A DNA stretch of 64,000 bases, from assembly GCF_009914755.1 (NCBI RefSeq), contig NC_060925.1; one strand, 5' to 3'. The notes beneath the pieces were generated by a model. It had not been told where the DNA came from, made no database searches, and saw only the letters and a list, made by a program, of their open reading frames with translations. The position numbers and the translations under genes are program-made. Source of the stretch: the human T2T-CHM13v2.0 reference genome, Homo sapiens. Shown here one piece after another: positions 1-14,560 of this stretch. The number at the start of each line of letters is the position of its first letter. The first letter of the stretch is position 1.

Positions 1-1744
1 GCGGCCACAGGTGGTACGACAGAAAGGGAATGGGTTTGAGTCGGGAATATGCAGAAGGGAGGAGCAAACATGAATACTCTGGTTTCTTCTCTTTTCCAGT
101 CAGTTACCTGTCTCTTCCATTGGCTAAACCCGCCTGGAAGTTATAGTACAGGGAAGCCTGGAAAATGTAGTTACCTATAATACAGATCACAGCATGTGAA
201 AGGGAGGCCAGAGTGCTCTATATAAAATAAAAATCCAACCTGATTATTCCTTCTTAGATTCTTTCCATCACATTCAGAAAACAACAACAACAACAGTCCA
301 AGTGCCCTCTACAGCCCTGCCCTCACCTAATCCCTTTAAACTCATCTCTGAACTCATCTCTGAAAACCCAAAGTGCTTGTACTTCTTTGCATACTGCATG
401 TTTCTTCATGAGTCTACACCTTGGCTGATGCTATTCCCTCAGCATGTCAACATATCTACACACATGCACATAATCTGGTGGGATTTGGAGTGGGATTGTA
501 TTGACTTTACCAATAAATTTTGAGAGAACTGACATCTTTTCAATATTGAGCCTTCCCATAATGAACAAGATACATCCTTCCTTTATTAAGATTGCTCAAT
601 AACGTTTCATAGTGTTCTATGTAGAATTTTTGCACATCATTTTCTGGCACCCAGTGTTAGCCATGATTGAATTAGCTAGGGATGAGAGAAACAATGTAAA
701 AGTTGAAATATTATGCAATTGAGAAAAATTGGGATGGAAATGTTGAAATGATATGGGAACTAGAACAGTACTGCTTCGTGTTCAGAGACATATCCAGGCT
801 TCCCTTGATAGGAGTTGCTTGCTAAGCAAAGTGTGTTTACTCTAGCAGCCCCTAGGGTGGGCATTCTGCCTGGGGAGAGAAGGGCAATGACTCAGCTGTG
901 TTCAAGACACCACAACATAAACAGTGGGGTTGGAGTAGAGTAAGGTAGCTTTGCAGAGCAGTACAATCCCCTAATGTGCTTGATTTCCCAAGGTCTCCTT
1001 CAGTACATCCCTCTGTCAATTACAACTCCAAGTAAACACAGATCTCCTTATGATCGTACTAGCAGAGGATTGAGATATGGCTATGCCAAAGAGCAGACCC
1101 TCATGAGCATGTGAAGCAGTCTAGAGCCCTGGACAAGGAGTAGCTGACTAAAGTATCCACCCCAGCCTCTGTCTTGGTGTGCCCTGCCCACTGAGACTAG
1201 TGAAGAGGTGATCTTGCACCATGTAGCTCAAGAGAAAGCCCTCATCTGCCAGTTTGCTTTTAGTCCATGGGCCCCCATGAACAGCTGGACTGCAAGCCAT
1301 TCTTGCTCACTAACTTTATTGTGGATGAAAGGCTCTTTTGTAACCCCCTAGAGGGCTCTGAGTATAAGCAAGTAGGAGAAGTCATACCTGCTAGAGAAGT
1401 GAAATAGAGATTTATAAAATGTCTCACAGAGGTAATACTAGCTGCTAATCCTCATATATGTAGACTCTTATTTATAAACATTATACAAGCAACATATCAA
1501 AAATTGAAAAATGTTGAAATAACTAAAAGTTCAAAGCTAAGTACTCTAAAAGAATGGCTCCCACTAAAATAGAAAACATAAAGAAAACAAGAAAGGTCCT
1601 TTAAAATTATAATTGATATTCTTCAAGAGATTTGAGGGAAGAATTCATTGAGTAAAATAGCAGGCCAGTATTACAGAGAAGCAATTGGAAAGTAAAAGAG
1701 AATGTTGACCATTAACAGAGCTTGTGACTATCATATGCAAATGC

Positions 1745-1995
1745 TTTCTGAAAATAAAGGGAAAATGCTTGCCAACTCACTATATAAGGCAAGTATTTCC
1801 CTGATACCAAAGCAGATAAAGACATGACAGGAAACGAAAACTTGACCATGTATTATCCTGCCTTAACAAAAGCAAAAATCCTTAAAAACATATTAGCAAT
1901 CTGAGTCCAGCAACATATAAAAAGGATTACATACTATGACCAAGTAGAATTCATCCCAGGAATTCAAGGTTGGCTTAACATCCAAAAATCAATTA
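1745..1995 (+). mobile_element. Old L1 (L1M) ORF2 fragment
   Basis: ccctgataccaaagcagataaagac...aaatccttaaaaacatattagcaatctgagtccagcaacatataaaaaggat...caaggttggcttaacat resembles the L1 RT region. Confidence 0.75.
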
Positions 1996-2150
1996 TATAT
2001 TTGAGGGTAGCCCTAATCTGTGTGATGGAGGGCACCACAGATAGCTGCTACACTCTTGTACACCCTTTCTCAGAGATACTGGAAAATATGCTTCATTAAA
2101 AGGAAAGAATATACTAAGAAAGATAAAGTCACAGGACCAAGGGAACAAGC

Positions 2151-2449
2151 TTTTTTTTTTTTTTTTTTTCCAGAGTCTTGCTCTGCCGCCCAAGCCAGAA
2201 TGCAGTGGTGCAATCTCAGCTCACTGCAATCTCTGTCTCCTGGGTTCAAGTGATTCTCATGCCTCAGCCTCCTGAGTAGCTGGGATTACAGGCATGCACC
2301 ACCACCCCCGGCTAATTTTTATATATTTTTTTCTGGTAGAGATGAGGTTTCCATGTTGGCCAGGCTGGTCTCAAACTCCTGACCTCGGGTAATGCCCCCG
2401 CCTTGGCCTCCCAAAGTGTTGGGATTATAGTGAACCACTGCGCCCAGCC
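2151..2449 (-). mobile_element. Alu (AluS-like)
   Basis: Poly-T followed by antisense Alu dimer; flanking GAACAAGC duplication. Confidence 0.93.
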
Positions 2450-2639
2450 AAGAACAAGCAATTGAAAAGAGAGAAAGAAAATTAAAAAACAATCTCCAGG
2501 ACAACAGTTCACAAAACAGCAGGCCTAGAGAATAACCAAATCAGATGAAGCATTGAGATAAATTTTGAATGTAATATCTTTAATAATTTTAGATCTAATT
2601 GATTTTTTTACTTCTTTTATCTTTTTGGTAAATATATTT

Positions 2640-3450
2640 TTTTCTAGGAATTTGTTCATTTGACTTTATTGGTATAAAGTTTGTCATACTATCCTCTTGT
2701 GATTTAATAAAAATGTCTATGCATTTTTATGCACAGTGGTCTGTGCCTTTTCATTCTTAAAATCAGTTATTTGTGCCATCTCATTCTTTCATGATTATTC
2801 ATTAGGAATTTCTCATTTTATTTAGTCTTCTCAAAGAAAAAATTTCAGCTTTTTCATCTTCTTTATCAAATGATTTTTTTTAATTTTGTCAATTTATGTT
2901 CTTTATGTTTCTCTTGTACTGTGTCTCAGCCTTATTTGTTTTACTTTTTCTATCTTCTTGAGATGTATGCTTCACCTGCATTTTTTTGCTTCTCCTTCCA
3001 TCATATATATATATATATATATATACAGTTAAATCTATACATTTTCCTCTAAGTATGACATTAGTTGCATTCTCAAAATTTCAATATATTTTACTACATT
3101 CAATTCAGAATATTTTCTAATTTCCATTAGGATTCCTTTGACCTATAGATTATTTCGAAGTATATTGCTTCTAAGTATGTATAGACATATATGAGCACTT
3201 CCTAATAATCTATATCCTCATTTAATTCCAGAGAACATACTCTTAATAACTGTCAGACTTGATTTATGGCAAAGAATATGATTAGTTTTGTAAATGTGTG
3301 TGTCAGCTTAAAAAGAATGATTTTTCTGCACTCTAAAAGTGCAGTATTCTGTAAATGTCCCCTAGTTAAATCTGCTAATCATTTGCTCAAATATTTTTCA
3401 TTCTTACAGACTTTTTGTCTGCCTTTCTATCAGTTAATGACAGAGGTGTC
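2640..3450 (-). mobile_element. Degenerate L1M fragments
   Basis: T-rich antisense L1 ORF2-like motifs (tttttctaggaatttgttcatt; atgattagttttgtaaatgt). Boundaries approximate. Confidence 0.55.
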
Positions 3451-3620
3451 ATTCTTTTTAAGATTTGTCAAATACAAATGCACACACACACACACACAAT
3501 GGACCATATTCTTTAACATAAATCAAGCCTCAATAAATTTCAAATAATTAAAATTATTTAGAGTTCAGAGTACTTTCTACAGAACTAAGTGAGAAATCAA
3601 AGATCATTATAAAATCATAT

Positions 3621-3885
3621 ATAGTCCCAGCACTTTGGGAGGCCGAGGCAGGCAGATTGTTTGAGCTCAGGAGTTTGAGACTAGCCTGGGCAACATGGAG
3701 AAATCCTGTCTTTACAAAAAAATACAAAAATTTGCTGGGTGTGGTGGTGTGTGCCTGTAGTCCCAGCTGCCTGGTGGGCTGAGGAAGGAAGATCCTTTGA
3801 GCAGGAGAGGTTAAGGCTTCAGTGAGCCATGTTCACACCACTGTACTCCAGCTTGGGCGAAAAAGTGGGACCCTGTCTCAAAAAA
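3621..3885 (+). mobile_element. Alu (AluJ-like, slightly 5'-truncated)
   Basis: tagtcccagcactttgggaggccgagg...ccctgtctcaaaaaa. Confidence 0.9.
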
Positions 3886-4010
3886 TCATGTATGTACATA
3901 TATATCTATAAAGCCATTTATACATATTATATACACACTATGTTAAATTAAGTTTTTATATCTTTCTGAAGAAATGAACCTTTTATAATCATGCAGAATA
4001 TCTCCAGGAA

Positions 4011-4104
4011 TTTTTTTTTAATTATACTTTAAGTTTTAGGGTACGTGTGCACAACGTGCAGGTTAGTTACATATGTATACGTGTGCCATGTTGGTGTGCT
4101 GCAC
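4011..4104 (-). mobile_element. Young L1PA 3'-terminal fragment (~95 bp) with TSD
   Basis: poly-T + attatactttaagttttagggtacgtgtgcacaacgtgcaggttagttac...; TSD ctccaggaattttt at 4002-4015 and 4104-4117. Confidence 0.92.
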
Positions 4105-5589
4105 TCCAGGAATTTTTAAAATTTAAATTCTATTCTATCTGATATTAATGCAGTCACCTCAGGGTTCTTCTGGTTAGTGTTTATATGGTTATATATTTTT
4201 GTATCATTTTACTTTTAACTTTTCTGTGTCTTTATGTTCTGTCTTCATGTTTGTTTCTTATAAGCAGCATATAGTTGGGATACAGTTTTTATTTGATCTG
4301 ATAATCTTTGACTTTAATTAGAATATTTAGTCTGTTACATTTAATGCAGTTGTAATAGTACTGGATTTAATCATATCACGATTTTGAGTTTGTCTTTTTT
4401 CCACTTTGCTTTCTCTTGGCTTCTTTGGAATGATCTATTTTTTATTATTCAATTTTACTAGCTTAAAAGTCATAAACTCTTAAAACTTTTTTAAAGGGGT
4501 CAGAAATATAAAGTGATGCATTTCCAATAGAGGTGGAATTATACAGTGGACAGGATGGTGTCAGCACATGGGGGACACATATGAAGAAGTGGCACAGAGG
4601 AGCATGAGCATGGGGTAGTATTATTTTGTGTAGCAGTTAGAGGTAAAGCAAAGATTATTTATAATGATATGAGGATCTCACAGAACACAACTGAAAGAAT
4701 GTGGAGGGGGCAGAGAAAAGGTAGGCTAATCCTCATTCAGTTAGCACAAAGAAGGGAAATACAGACGACAAAAAGACTATGTTAATGAGGAAATGCCTAA
4801 TAGGTAGAATACTAAACCTTTACTCCAAGATAATTTGATATTTTCCCAAATGTGTTTACCCAAGAGTAAGCATAAAAAATAAATTACATCTTTTGGCTCT
4901 TTTAAGCACATATTATAATTCAGACAGTGAAATGTGAAATAGAAAATGCCAGTTATTATGAGATGAATAAAGGGAGGGAAAGGAAGGAAGGATGGGCAGA
5001 GGAGAAAGGGAGAAAAAGAAAAAGCAGAGTGGCTTTTACTCATTTGTAGCACTAGGTGGCACCAGAACACTGCTTAGAATGTAGTAAAATAAAATACGTT
5101 ATTGGTATTGCAAAGCAAGGAAGGATTTTAACAGGGCAAATTCAATATTGCAGAAAGCTTGTTCCCCCAAATGACAGGTCTGCTTTTCACCTAATTACAT
5201 TTTGTGAAGATCACCTTCATATCTTGTATGGTCAGTGTATATTGTATGTGTGTTTTGCATGTGACTATTATCATTTATTTTTAGGTTATTTTTCCTTAAT
5301 CTTCTACACAAATTAGTGTTCCTGAATAACAGAATAGAAATAATGGAATATAAGGAATATTATGAGTTATAATTGAAGAACTTCTTCAGAAACAAAAGAG
5401 GACTTTAACTTACCTAAACATTCAATGGATATATCATTCCCCATCCCCAAAATGACAAAAACAATGATAATAATAACATGAAGAAAGGTTCTAGGGCAAC
5501 TGACTTCTGTGTAGTAGAACAAGTTTCTTTATGGTATAAAAATATTTTGTATATAGCTCCTTTATTCTCATATTTGTTTTAAAAGACAA

Positions 5590-6765
5590 ATCGTAAAGCA
5601 AGAATTACAAAACTATGTTGAAGGACTTATAATGTATAAAGATACAATTTGTATAAAAAAAAGCACAAAGGAAATGAGATAAAATGGAGTTATATTGTTA
5701 GTTTTTATATAATATTGAAATGAAGCTAATATTAATCTGAATTAGATTGTTTTAAGATGCTAATTGTAATCTCTAGGGCAATCACTAAAATATTAAATTT
5801 CATTTTATTTTTCTTTTATTTATTCTTTTGTGACAGGGACTCACTCCATCACCCAGGCTGGAGTGAAGTGGTGCAATTATGGCTCGTGCAGCCTCAACCT
5901 CCCAGGCTATAGTGATCCTCCCCCACTCAACCTCCCAAATAGCTGAGACTACAGGCGTGTGCTCCCACGCCCAGCTAATTTTTATAATTTTTATATTTTT
6001 TGTAGAGACAAGATCTCACTAGGTTGCCCAGACTGGTTTCAATCCCCTGGGCTCAAACCATCCACCAATCTTGGCCTCACAAAGTACTGGGATTACAGGC
6101 ATGAGCCATTATGCCCAGCCTAGAAACTAAATTTTAAAATACAGTAAAGGAAACACAAGAATGAACTAGAAAATATCCACTTAACAATAGAGGAGGCAGT
6201 AATGGAGGAAGAGAAAAACAAAAACACACATGACATATAAAAACAAGTATCCAAATGGCAGATGTAAGTTCACCTTATCAGCAATTACACTAAATGAAAA
6301 TGGGTTAAACACTAAAATCAAAAGGCAAAGTTTGCCAGGATGAATTTAAAAACATGATCAAATGCTAGAAAAGACACACTTTAGATTCAAGGATATAAAC
6401 AGGTGGAAAGTAAAAGGGTAGAAGAAGCAAACCAAGAGAGTTAGAGTGTTTTGTGGGCAGCTATTATTATTTATTTGTACTAATATCAGACAAAATAGAC
6501 TTTGATACAACAGTTTTTACTAAGAAAAAGAAAAGCGTTTTATAATGATTAAAGGGTCAGTTCATTAAGAAGATAAAATAGTTATAAACCTATATGCACC
6601 CAACAACAGAACCTCAAAACGTAAATAACAAAAGCTGACAGAATTAAAGGGATAAGTTAATAATTCAACAACAATAGTTAGAGACTTTAATATCCTGACT
6701 TTCAATAATGGATCAAACAACTAGGCAGAAGATTAACAAGGAAAGAGAAGTCTTGGGCAACAACA
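5590..6765 (+). mobile_element. Old L1 (L1MC/MD-like) inter-ORF and endonuclease region, interrupted by an Alu
   Basis: caattacactaaatgaaaatgggttaaacact, ctaatatcagacaaaatagacttt, aaacctatatgcacccaacaacaga, gagactttaatatc. Confidence 0.75.
5803..6120 (-). mobile_element. AluJ
   Basis: Antisense dimer with J-type features (gcagcctcaacctcccaggct; ttgcccagactgg). Confidence 0.9.
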
Positions 6766-7552
6766 TGTAGATATCCAGTACTGGTAGCATGAAGCCCCAT
6801 CTAAAATTTGGTTTGGATGTCAACACTAGTGACATCACACAAACAACACAAGGTTCTGAAAAAGCTTATTACTTAATCAATCTATCTGGGGAAAGCAGGG
6901 CACATCTTTAAGCAAGTCTGAAAAGGCTCGAAAGAGGACAAATATTTTTATTGGATTGGGAAATATACATGTTAAATGGCTGAATTGTATGGCATGTGAA
7001 TTATACATCAATAAAGCTGTATTCAAAAAAACAAATAAACCAAAATATGTGCTTGAAGGTATCTGACCACCTTCACATGATTGTGAAGAATTATTCATTT
7101 TAGATTTTGAGATTTGATTTTCCCTTGGTGTGTTTATCAATTCTGAAGGGGCAATTTATTCTGAGAATGTTGTGATTAGGAAGGACACTCAGAGGGCTTC
7201 TGGATGAAAACATTCTGTATGTTTACCTGGCTCATGATTACAAGAGTATTTGTTTTATAAAAATTTATTAAGCTGTGTATATATGTTTCATGCATTTTTC
7301 TCTACAAGTACTCTACCTTAAAATAAAATAGTGATTTTTAAAAAGATATATATTATGGTAAAGTTATCAAAATTTGAAGATAAAGAATCTGTTGGGTAAT
7401 CCAATAAAAAATAGATAAAGAAATAAAGTTACATATAAAAGGAAAGTGTTAGCTTGACCTCAGAATTTTCTTCAGAATTATATAATGTGAGAAGTTGATG
7501 AAATTATGGTTACAAAATCCTCTGTGAAAGATCAATGTACATATTTGCTACT

Positions 7553-7963
7553 TAATATACTTTGGATATTTATTCCTTCCAAATCTCATGTTGAAATCTG
7601 ATCCCCAACGGTGGAGGTGGGTGTGGTGGGAGGTCTTTAGGTCCTGAAGGCAGATCCCTCATGAATGGCTTGGTGCCATTCTCAGAGAGAGTGAGTTCTC
7701 ACTCTTAGTTCCTGGGAGAATTGATTGTTGAAAATAACCTGGCACCTCCCTCCTCTCTCTCTTGCTCTCTCACGCCATGTGACACACCAGCTCCCATTTG
7801 CTTTCTGTCATGAGTGGAAGCAGCCTGAAGCCCTCCCCAGAAGCTGATGCTAGCTCCATGCCCCTTGTACAGCCAGCAGAACTGTGAGCCAGATAAACCA
7901 CTTTTCTTTATAAATTACCCAGCCTCAGGTATTCCTTTACAGCAACACAAAAAGACTAAGGCA
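7553..7963 (+). mobile_element. MaLR solo LTR (MST family)
   Basis: tttggatatttattccttccaaatctcatgttgaaat...ataaattacccagcctcaggtattcctttacagcaacacaaaaagactaaggca. Confidence 0.85.
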
Positions 7964-8004
7964 CTGTTATGGTGGATCTAAAAATTTTGTAAGAGATAGT
8001 GGTA

Positions 8005-8245
8005 GCTTCCATTGAATAATCTCTCTGTGTCTGGTACTATTATTAGCATTCCACATCTATTCACTCTTTGAGTCCACAAAACCACTTTTTGAGGAAGGTG
8101 CTATAATCATTCCCGTTTTACAAGCAAGAAAACAAGCACAGAGAGGTTAAGTAAATTGTCTGTGTGCTAAGGGATTGTGGCCAGTTTCAAACCTCAGCAG
8201 AATGAGTTCAGAGCCCACGCTCCAGAGCTGCATCTGAACCACTGC
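8005..8245 (-). mobile_element. MIR
   Basis: cattcccgttttacaagcaagaaaacaagcacagagaggttaagtaaattgtc core. Confidence 0.7.
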
Positions 8246-8540
8246 ATTACCTCCAAGCAAAACAGTCACTTAAGCATGAAGGCCACATAACATGTGAGAA
8301 CTCAGAAGACAACATTCACGTGAGTCTTCTTGGAACAGGTCACCAAAGGATGAACTTCTGTTAACCAAGTTATGAATTGAGAAACTGACAAAAAGCCAGA
8401 TGTGAGAATTGAGTCCATATAGTATAAAGACTAAAACAAAGTTATGGCTTATGATTATAGAACAAAACACAAATGATACCAAATCCATACATGAAGAAAT
8501 GATATAACTAACTAAAGTTATCAAAAGACATAGGAGAAGA

Positions 8541-8864
<324 letters not shown>

Positions 8865-9606
8865 ATAGGAGAAGAGAAAAGGTAAGAAGCCCCAAAATAT
8901 TTAATTCTGACACACCAAATAATAGATGTATAAAGATATTTAGTGGTATAAGAGTAAATCTTAAGAAACATAAACTTATCAGATAAAGCTGGGTGGTAGA
9001 GAAGAAAAAGAAGTGAAACTAAACTATTTTTAATCCTGTTTATAGTAAGAAATCAATAGAGAACATCTAAAAAGATTAAATTAACATGTTAAATTTAAAA
9101 AGATAACTCTAAAGCCAAAAACTATAATCCTTCCAAATTTTCAGAAGCTGCATAAAACAAAATAATAAAAAAACACAAACTACATAGTGAAAGATATTTT
9201 TTAAAGTAAAAGAAACAAATGAAGCACAAAATGTGATATAAAATGACACAAAATATGTTGGTAATATCTATAAGTGTAAATGGCTTTAACTTACTTATTA
9301 AAGGACAAAAAGAATACAAATGAGTCTTAGAGAAAATCCAAGCATTGGTTATTTATAGGAGATACACCTATGAAAGAGTGTCTCAGAAAAATTGAAAGTA
9401 ATAAAAAGAGGCAAAAGTTCCTCAGACAAACAGGAAAAAATGTTGGGTGGGTGTGTGATAAGGGAAGCTCAAAATCTTGTTATTAAATAAAATTAATGAA
9501 ATAAAATTATTAAATGAGATAATCTTCATAAGGAAAGAAATTCACAATACAAAATTTGAAGTTATGAATGTCCATGATCAAAAGAAAAGAGCACCAACAT
9601 TTATCA

Positions 9607-9945
<339 letters not shown>

Positions 9946-9964
9946 TATATACAAAACTTAATTT

Positions 9965-10273
<309 letters not shown>

Positions 10274-10789
10274 AAAATTTTTGGAATAAATAAGAAACAA
10301 CCAAAAGAAGGATTCAATTCTCCTTTTTCTGCCCATTACACATCAAATAAATAATAAAGTTATTAATAATTCCTAAATAACATAATTGATATGTGTATGT
10401 CAACTATGAACTCCACTTATATACAATGTACCATCATTTCAAACATTCTCAGAGCACTCACAGAATCTGAGTCTATATTCATGAAAGAAAATCTCAATGA
10501 ACTCACAAGAGGAAAACCAATATAAATAGTATTTTCTGATCATAGTTTAATAAAATTAGAGGCTAATAGCCAACTAGGAAATAAACCAATATCTATCATC
10601 TAGAATTTTAAAAAATTTTTGCTCAAAACCTGTTGGTTCAAAAAATAAGTAAAGATCAAAATAATGAAATATCTGATGTATCTTATGGAAAACTGATAGT
10701 ATATCAGTACCAATAGGATCCAAAAAGGGAAAAAATACTAGTGCTCAAAGGAAAATATACAGACCCAAATAATTATGCTATCAAAAATA

Positions 10790-12059
10790 TGTAGAGGAGA
10801 CCCCTGGTTGTCTACCAGAAACCACTGTCCCCTTCTTGAAGAATAATGCGGACCACATTTCCCAGAACATCTTTTGGGGAGTTGCGGCTATGCAACTGAG
10901 TTCTGGAACAGTAGTAGGAGAGATGTGTGTATCCTGTCAGGCCCAGCACATTCAGCTTCCTGGATGTTCTTCCAGGTCCTTCTGCTGGCTGGGTGCTCAT
11001 GACAGTAAAGTTGCTGTGAGGTGTCTCTGTCCCTGTGTATTGCTGTAAAGGAATACCTGAGGCTGGGTCATTTATAAAGAAAAGAGGTTTATTTGGCTCA
11101 CGATTCTGCAGGCTGAACAAGAAGCATGGTGTCAGTATTTGCTTCTGGTGAGGGCCTCAGGCTGCTTCCACTCATAGTGGAAGGCAAAGGGGAGCTGGTG
11201 TGTGCAGGTCACATGGCAGGAGAGAAGGCAAAAGAGAGAGGAGGGAGATCCTCAGCTCTTTCTAACAATCAGCTCTCTCATTACCACAAGGAGTGTACCA
11301 GGCTGTTCACCAGGGATCTGCCCTTATGACCCAAATACCTCTGACATTGGGATCCACTTTCAAAATGAGACTTGGTGAAGCCAAAACACATATCCAAACC
11401 ATAGCAGGAAGCCGCAAGTTATGCTCAGCCTGGGTCTCTGACTATGAGGAGAACATCCACATGGCTGAACTGAGTTCCTGCCCAAGTGTTCTAATAAGCA
11501 AGATAACATTTTTTTATTGTGTTAAGCAACTAAATTGTAGGGATTTCTTTGTTACCATAGTATTACCTACCATAACTAACCCAGAAGCTATTACCTGGAA
11601 ATAGTGTACTAATATAATAAAACCTAAAAGAGCCAACATTGCCTGAGCAGTTGTTGAACAACTAAGGAACAAGGAGTCATGGCAGCCTGCCTGGAAAGAT
11701 GGAGACCCAAGTTATGAGGTGATCAAAGACTTTGCAAAACTCACCTTCGGGAATTTGGAGGACCTACCAACAACTACCAAGCCCATGGCTCCAGAGCGGG
11801 GAGAAATGTTTGTTTATATGTGTTGCCAGTTCTTGGCTCCATTTTGCAAATTATAATAAGAAGAAAGAATTAAAGTTTCAAAGCAGAACACCAAAGCCTT
11901 GAATAACTTCAGTATGGAAAAACTGAGTAATACACACAAATATCTGCTTCTTTCATGGAAATAAATTACAATAGAAATAAATGAATTTTTACTGCATTAA
12001 GTCACCAAAATTTGGGGGATCCATTTGTTACTGCAGCTTAGCCTATCCTAATTAATACA
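10790..12059 (+). mobile_element. MLT1-type MaLR remnant (LTR, internal fragment, LTR end) interrupted by an MST LTR
   Basis: accacatttcccagaacatc...; two LTR-type ends (ttgtagggatttctttgttaccatag; tttgggggatccatttgttactgcagcttagcctatcctaattaataca). Confidence 0.6.
11022..11406 (-). mobile_element. MaLR solo LTR (MSTB-like)
   Basis: gctgtaaaggaatacctgaggctgggtcatttataaagaaaagaggtttatttggctcacgattctgcaggctg...catatccaaaccatagca. Confidence 0.88.
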
Positions 12060-12206
12060 AGAAACAATAAAAATAAACATATTAGACATTGAAATCAAGA
12101 ATTAAGAAAAATAATAACAAAAAACCCAGGGAAGACAGATGGAATGTATTGATAACTATAATTGCAGTAGAAAATACAAAAACAAATAGAACTTAAAAAT
12201 AATTAC

Positions 12207-12520
12207 AGCCGGGTGTAGTGGCTCACACCTGTAATCCCAGCATTTTGGGAGGCTGAGGCGGGCAGATCACCTGAGGCCTGAGGTCAGGAGTTCGAGACCA
12301 GCCTAGGCAAGATGGTGAAACCCAGTCTCTACTAAATGTACAAAAATTAGCCAGGTGTGGTGGCAGGCGCCTATAGTCCCAGCTACTTGAGAGGCTGAGG
12401 CAGGGAGATTTGCTTGAACCCGGGAGGCGGAGGTTGCAGTGAGCCAAGACCTCACCACTGCACTCCAGCCTGGGCTACAGAGCAAAACTCTGTCTCAAAA
12501 TAACAATAATAATAATAATT
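12207..12520 (+). mobile_element. AluS
   Basis: Full dimer, internal cctgagg duplication, TSD aataattaca. Confidence 0.95.
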
Positions 12521-12544
12521 ACAAAGCTGGTGGGGGTGGGCATA

Positions 12545-14560
12545 GGAAACAATAAAATAGATAAATTAATAGCCAACTTAAGCAGAAACAAAGGGCAAAG
12601 GACAAATAGGCACAAAGGAAATGAAAAGGACAAAACAAACAGAACAAGAAGAAATATAAACATCGTAAGAGAATACTTTGCTTTTGAGTATTCAAATAAA
12701 TGTAGAATCTAGATATAATTGGATAATTATCTAGAAAAATATACATTGTCAAATCATACCCCAGAAGATACTAAAAGTCTTTATTTATTGAAATAAGAGA
12801 AAAATGATCTGTAGAAGAAATAGAGAATATTATTACAAAACTATAATTTCAAGAAGCACCAGGCCCAAGTTATTTCACAGCAGATTTTTACATCAACTTT
12901 TATGAAATATGAAATAGGTAATTCCAATGTAACTTAAGCTATTTCAGAACACTAAACAAGACGAAAAACCCTTCCAAATTCTCTGTATGAAGGTAGCATA
13001 AAACATTCCAAAAATTCAATAAAAATCCATAACTATACTCAATCACAATTATGAATGATGATGTAAAAATCCAAATTAGGTATTAGAAACAAATGTAGCA
13101 ACACATAAAACTCCAAAGAGAGTTCATCCCCAGAGTACAAGGATGGTCAATATGTAAAGGATGTCTAGTAAAATAGGGAAATTTTGGATGTCCATTAGTA
13201 AGACTATTATTTATATTGTTCTGGGCCATCGGTCAATGGATTAGAAAAAAAATTCATATGAAGAAAACCTTAAAATGTAACCGAAAGAAAAAAAAAAGAC
13301 TAAGCAAATGGAAAGGCATAGACACTGTGTACCCAGAAGATTCAGTGTCATACTAACTCTTGCTAAACTGACTTATAACTCTAACATTATCTCAATTTTG
13401 AAAACCTAAAGGAAGAAACTAAAATTACACATCACAACACGGATGGATCTTAGAAATAAAATGTTGATCTCAATAAGCTCAAAGGAGTATATGATTCTGT
13501 TTATATGAAATTAGAAAACAGGCAAACTTAATTTGCTATGACAGGCCAGCAATTAGAAGGAAGCACAGGGAGTTTCTGGGCTTCTGGCAATGCTCCGCTC
13601 CTTGATCTGTGAACTGCTCACATGCATGAGTGTAGTTTGTATTCAGTATGAATAAATAAGCAAAGAAGAATTGCCAGGAAAATTCTAGAAAAAAATATTA
13701 GCCAAGATTAGTCCCAGCAGACACTATAATATTGTGGCATGGGGGGATAGGTAGACAGACTTGTCAGTGAGATGGAACAGAGAACCAGGAAGTGGTATGG
13801 AATAGAAGAAAACCTATGGAAAATAATTTTCAGTAAATGGGAAAGACTATTTGTACTACAACTTAGAAACAATAAAGGAACAGATTCAACAACAGATTCA
13901 ACTATGTAGAAGTAAAAGCAAGAAAACAAGCAAGCAAGACAGAAAAAGAGAAAGTGGGGAGGGAATGAAGAAAGAAAGAGGAAAGAAAGAAAAAGAAAAA
14001 ATCTAGACAAATCAGGAAAAATATGTGAACCTCATGACCAAGACATATAAGTTAGTATACACAGACCTCCTAAACATCAGTAAGAAAAGACCAACCAAAA
14101 ATGGACAAAGAAATAACAGGTAGTTCACAGTAAGGGTAATTAAATGACCCAAACATAGGAAAAAATGTGCAATCTCACTCACAATAAGCAACGCACTTTA
14201 CAACTATGGGAGACCAGCTGCCACTATCAGACTGGGAAAAGACAAGTTGTTGCTGTGTTGAGAAAGGTGCTGGTGGGAGTGTAAAGTTTCCTAGCTCCTG
14301 TGGAGGCCCATTTAGCCACATCTGTCAAAATTACAAATGCATGTGCCCTTTGACTCGGGAATCCCATTCGCAGGAATTTAACCTACTTGTATGCAGGCAC
14401 TTGTGCAAATGGCAAATTATGAAGATATTTGCTGCAGGGCTGTATGTGATAACAGAAAATTGAAAGTAGCCTAAATTTCCATCAAAGGCAGTCATTAAAG
14501 AAACGATTATGCAGCAGACAGTGAGTACTACAGAAAAGTTAAAGACAATGAGGCAACTTT
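12545..14560 (+). mobile_element. Degenerate L1ME-like ORF2 and 3' UTR fragments
   Basis: caataaaatagataaa, gcaccaggcccaagttatttcacagcagattt, gtgctggtgggagtgtaaa, ccctttgactcgggaatcccattcgcaggaattt. Patchy; boundaries approximate. Confidence 0.55.
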
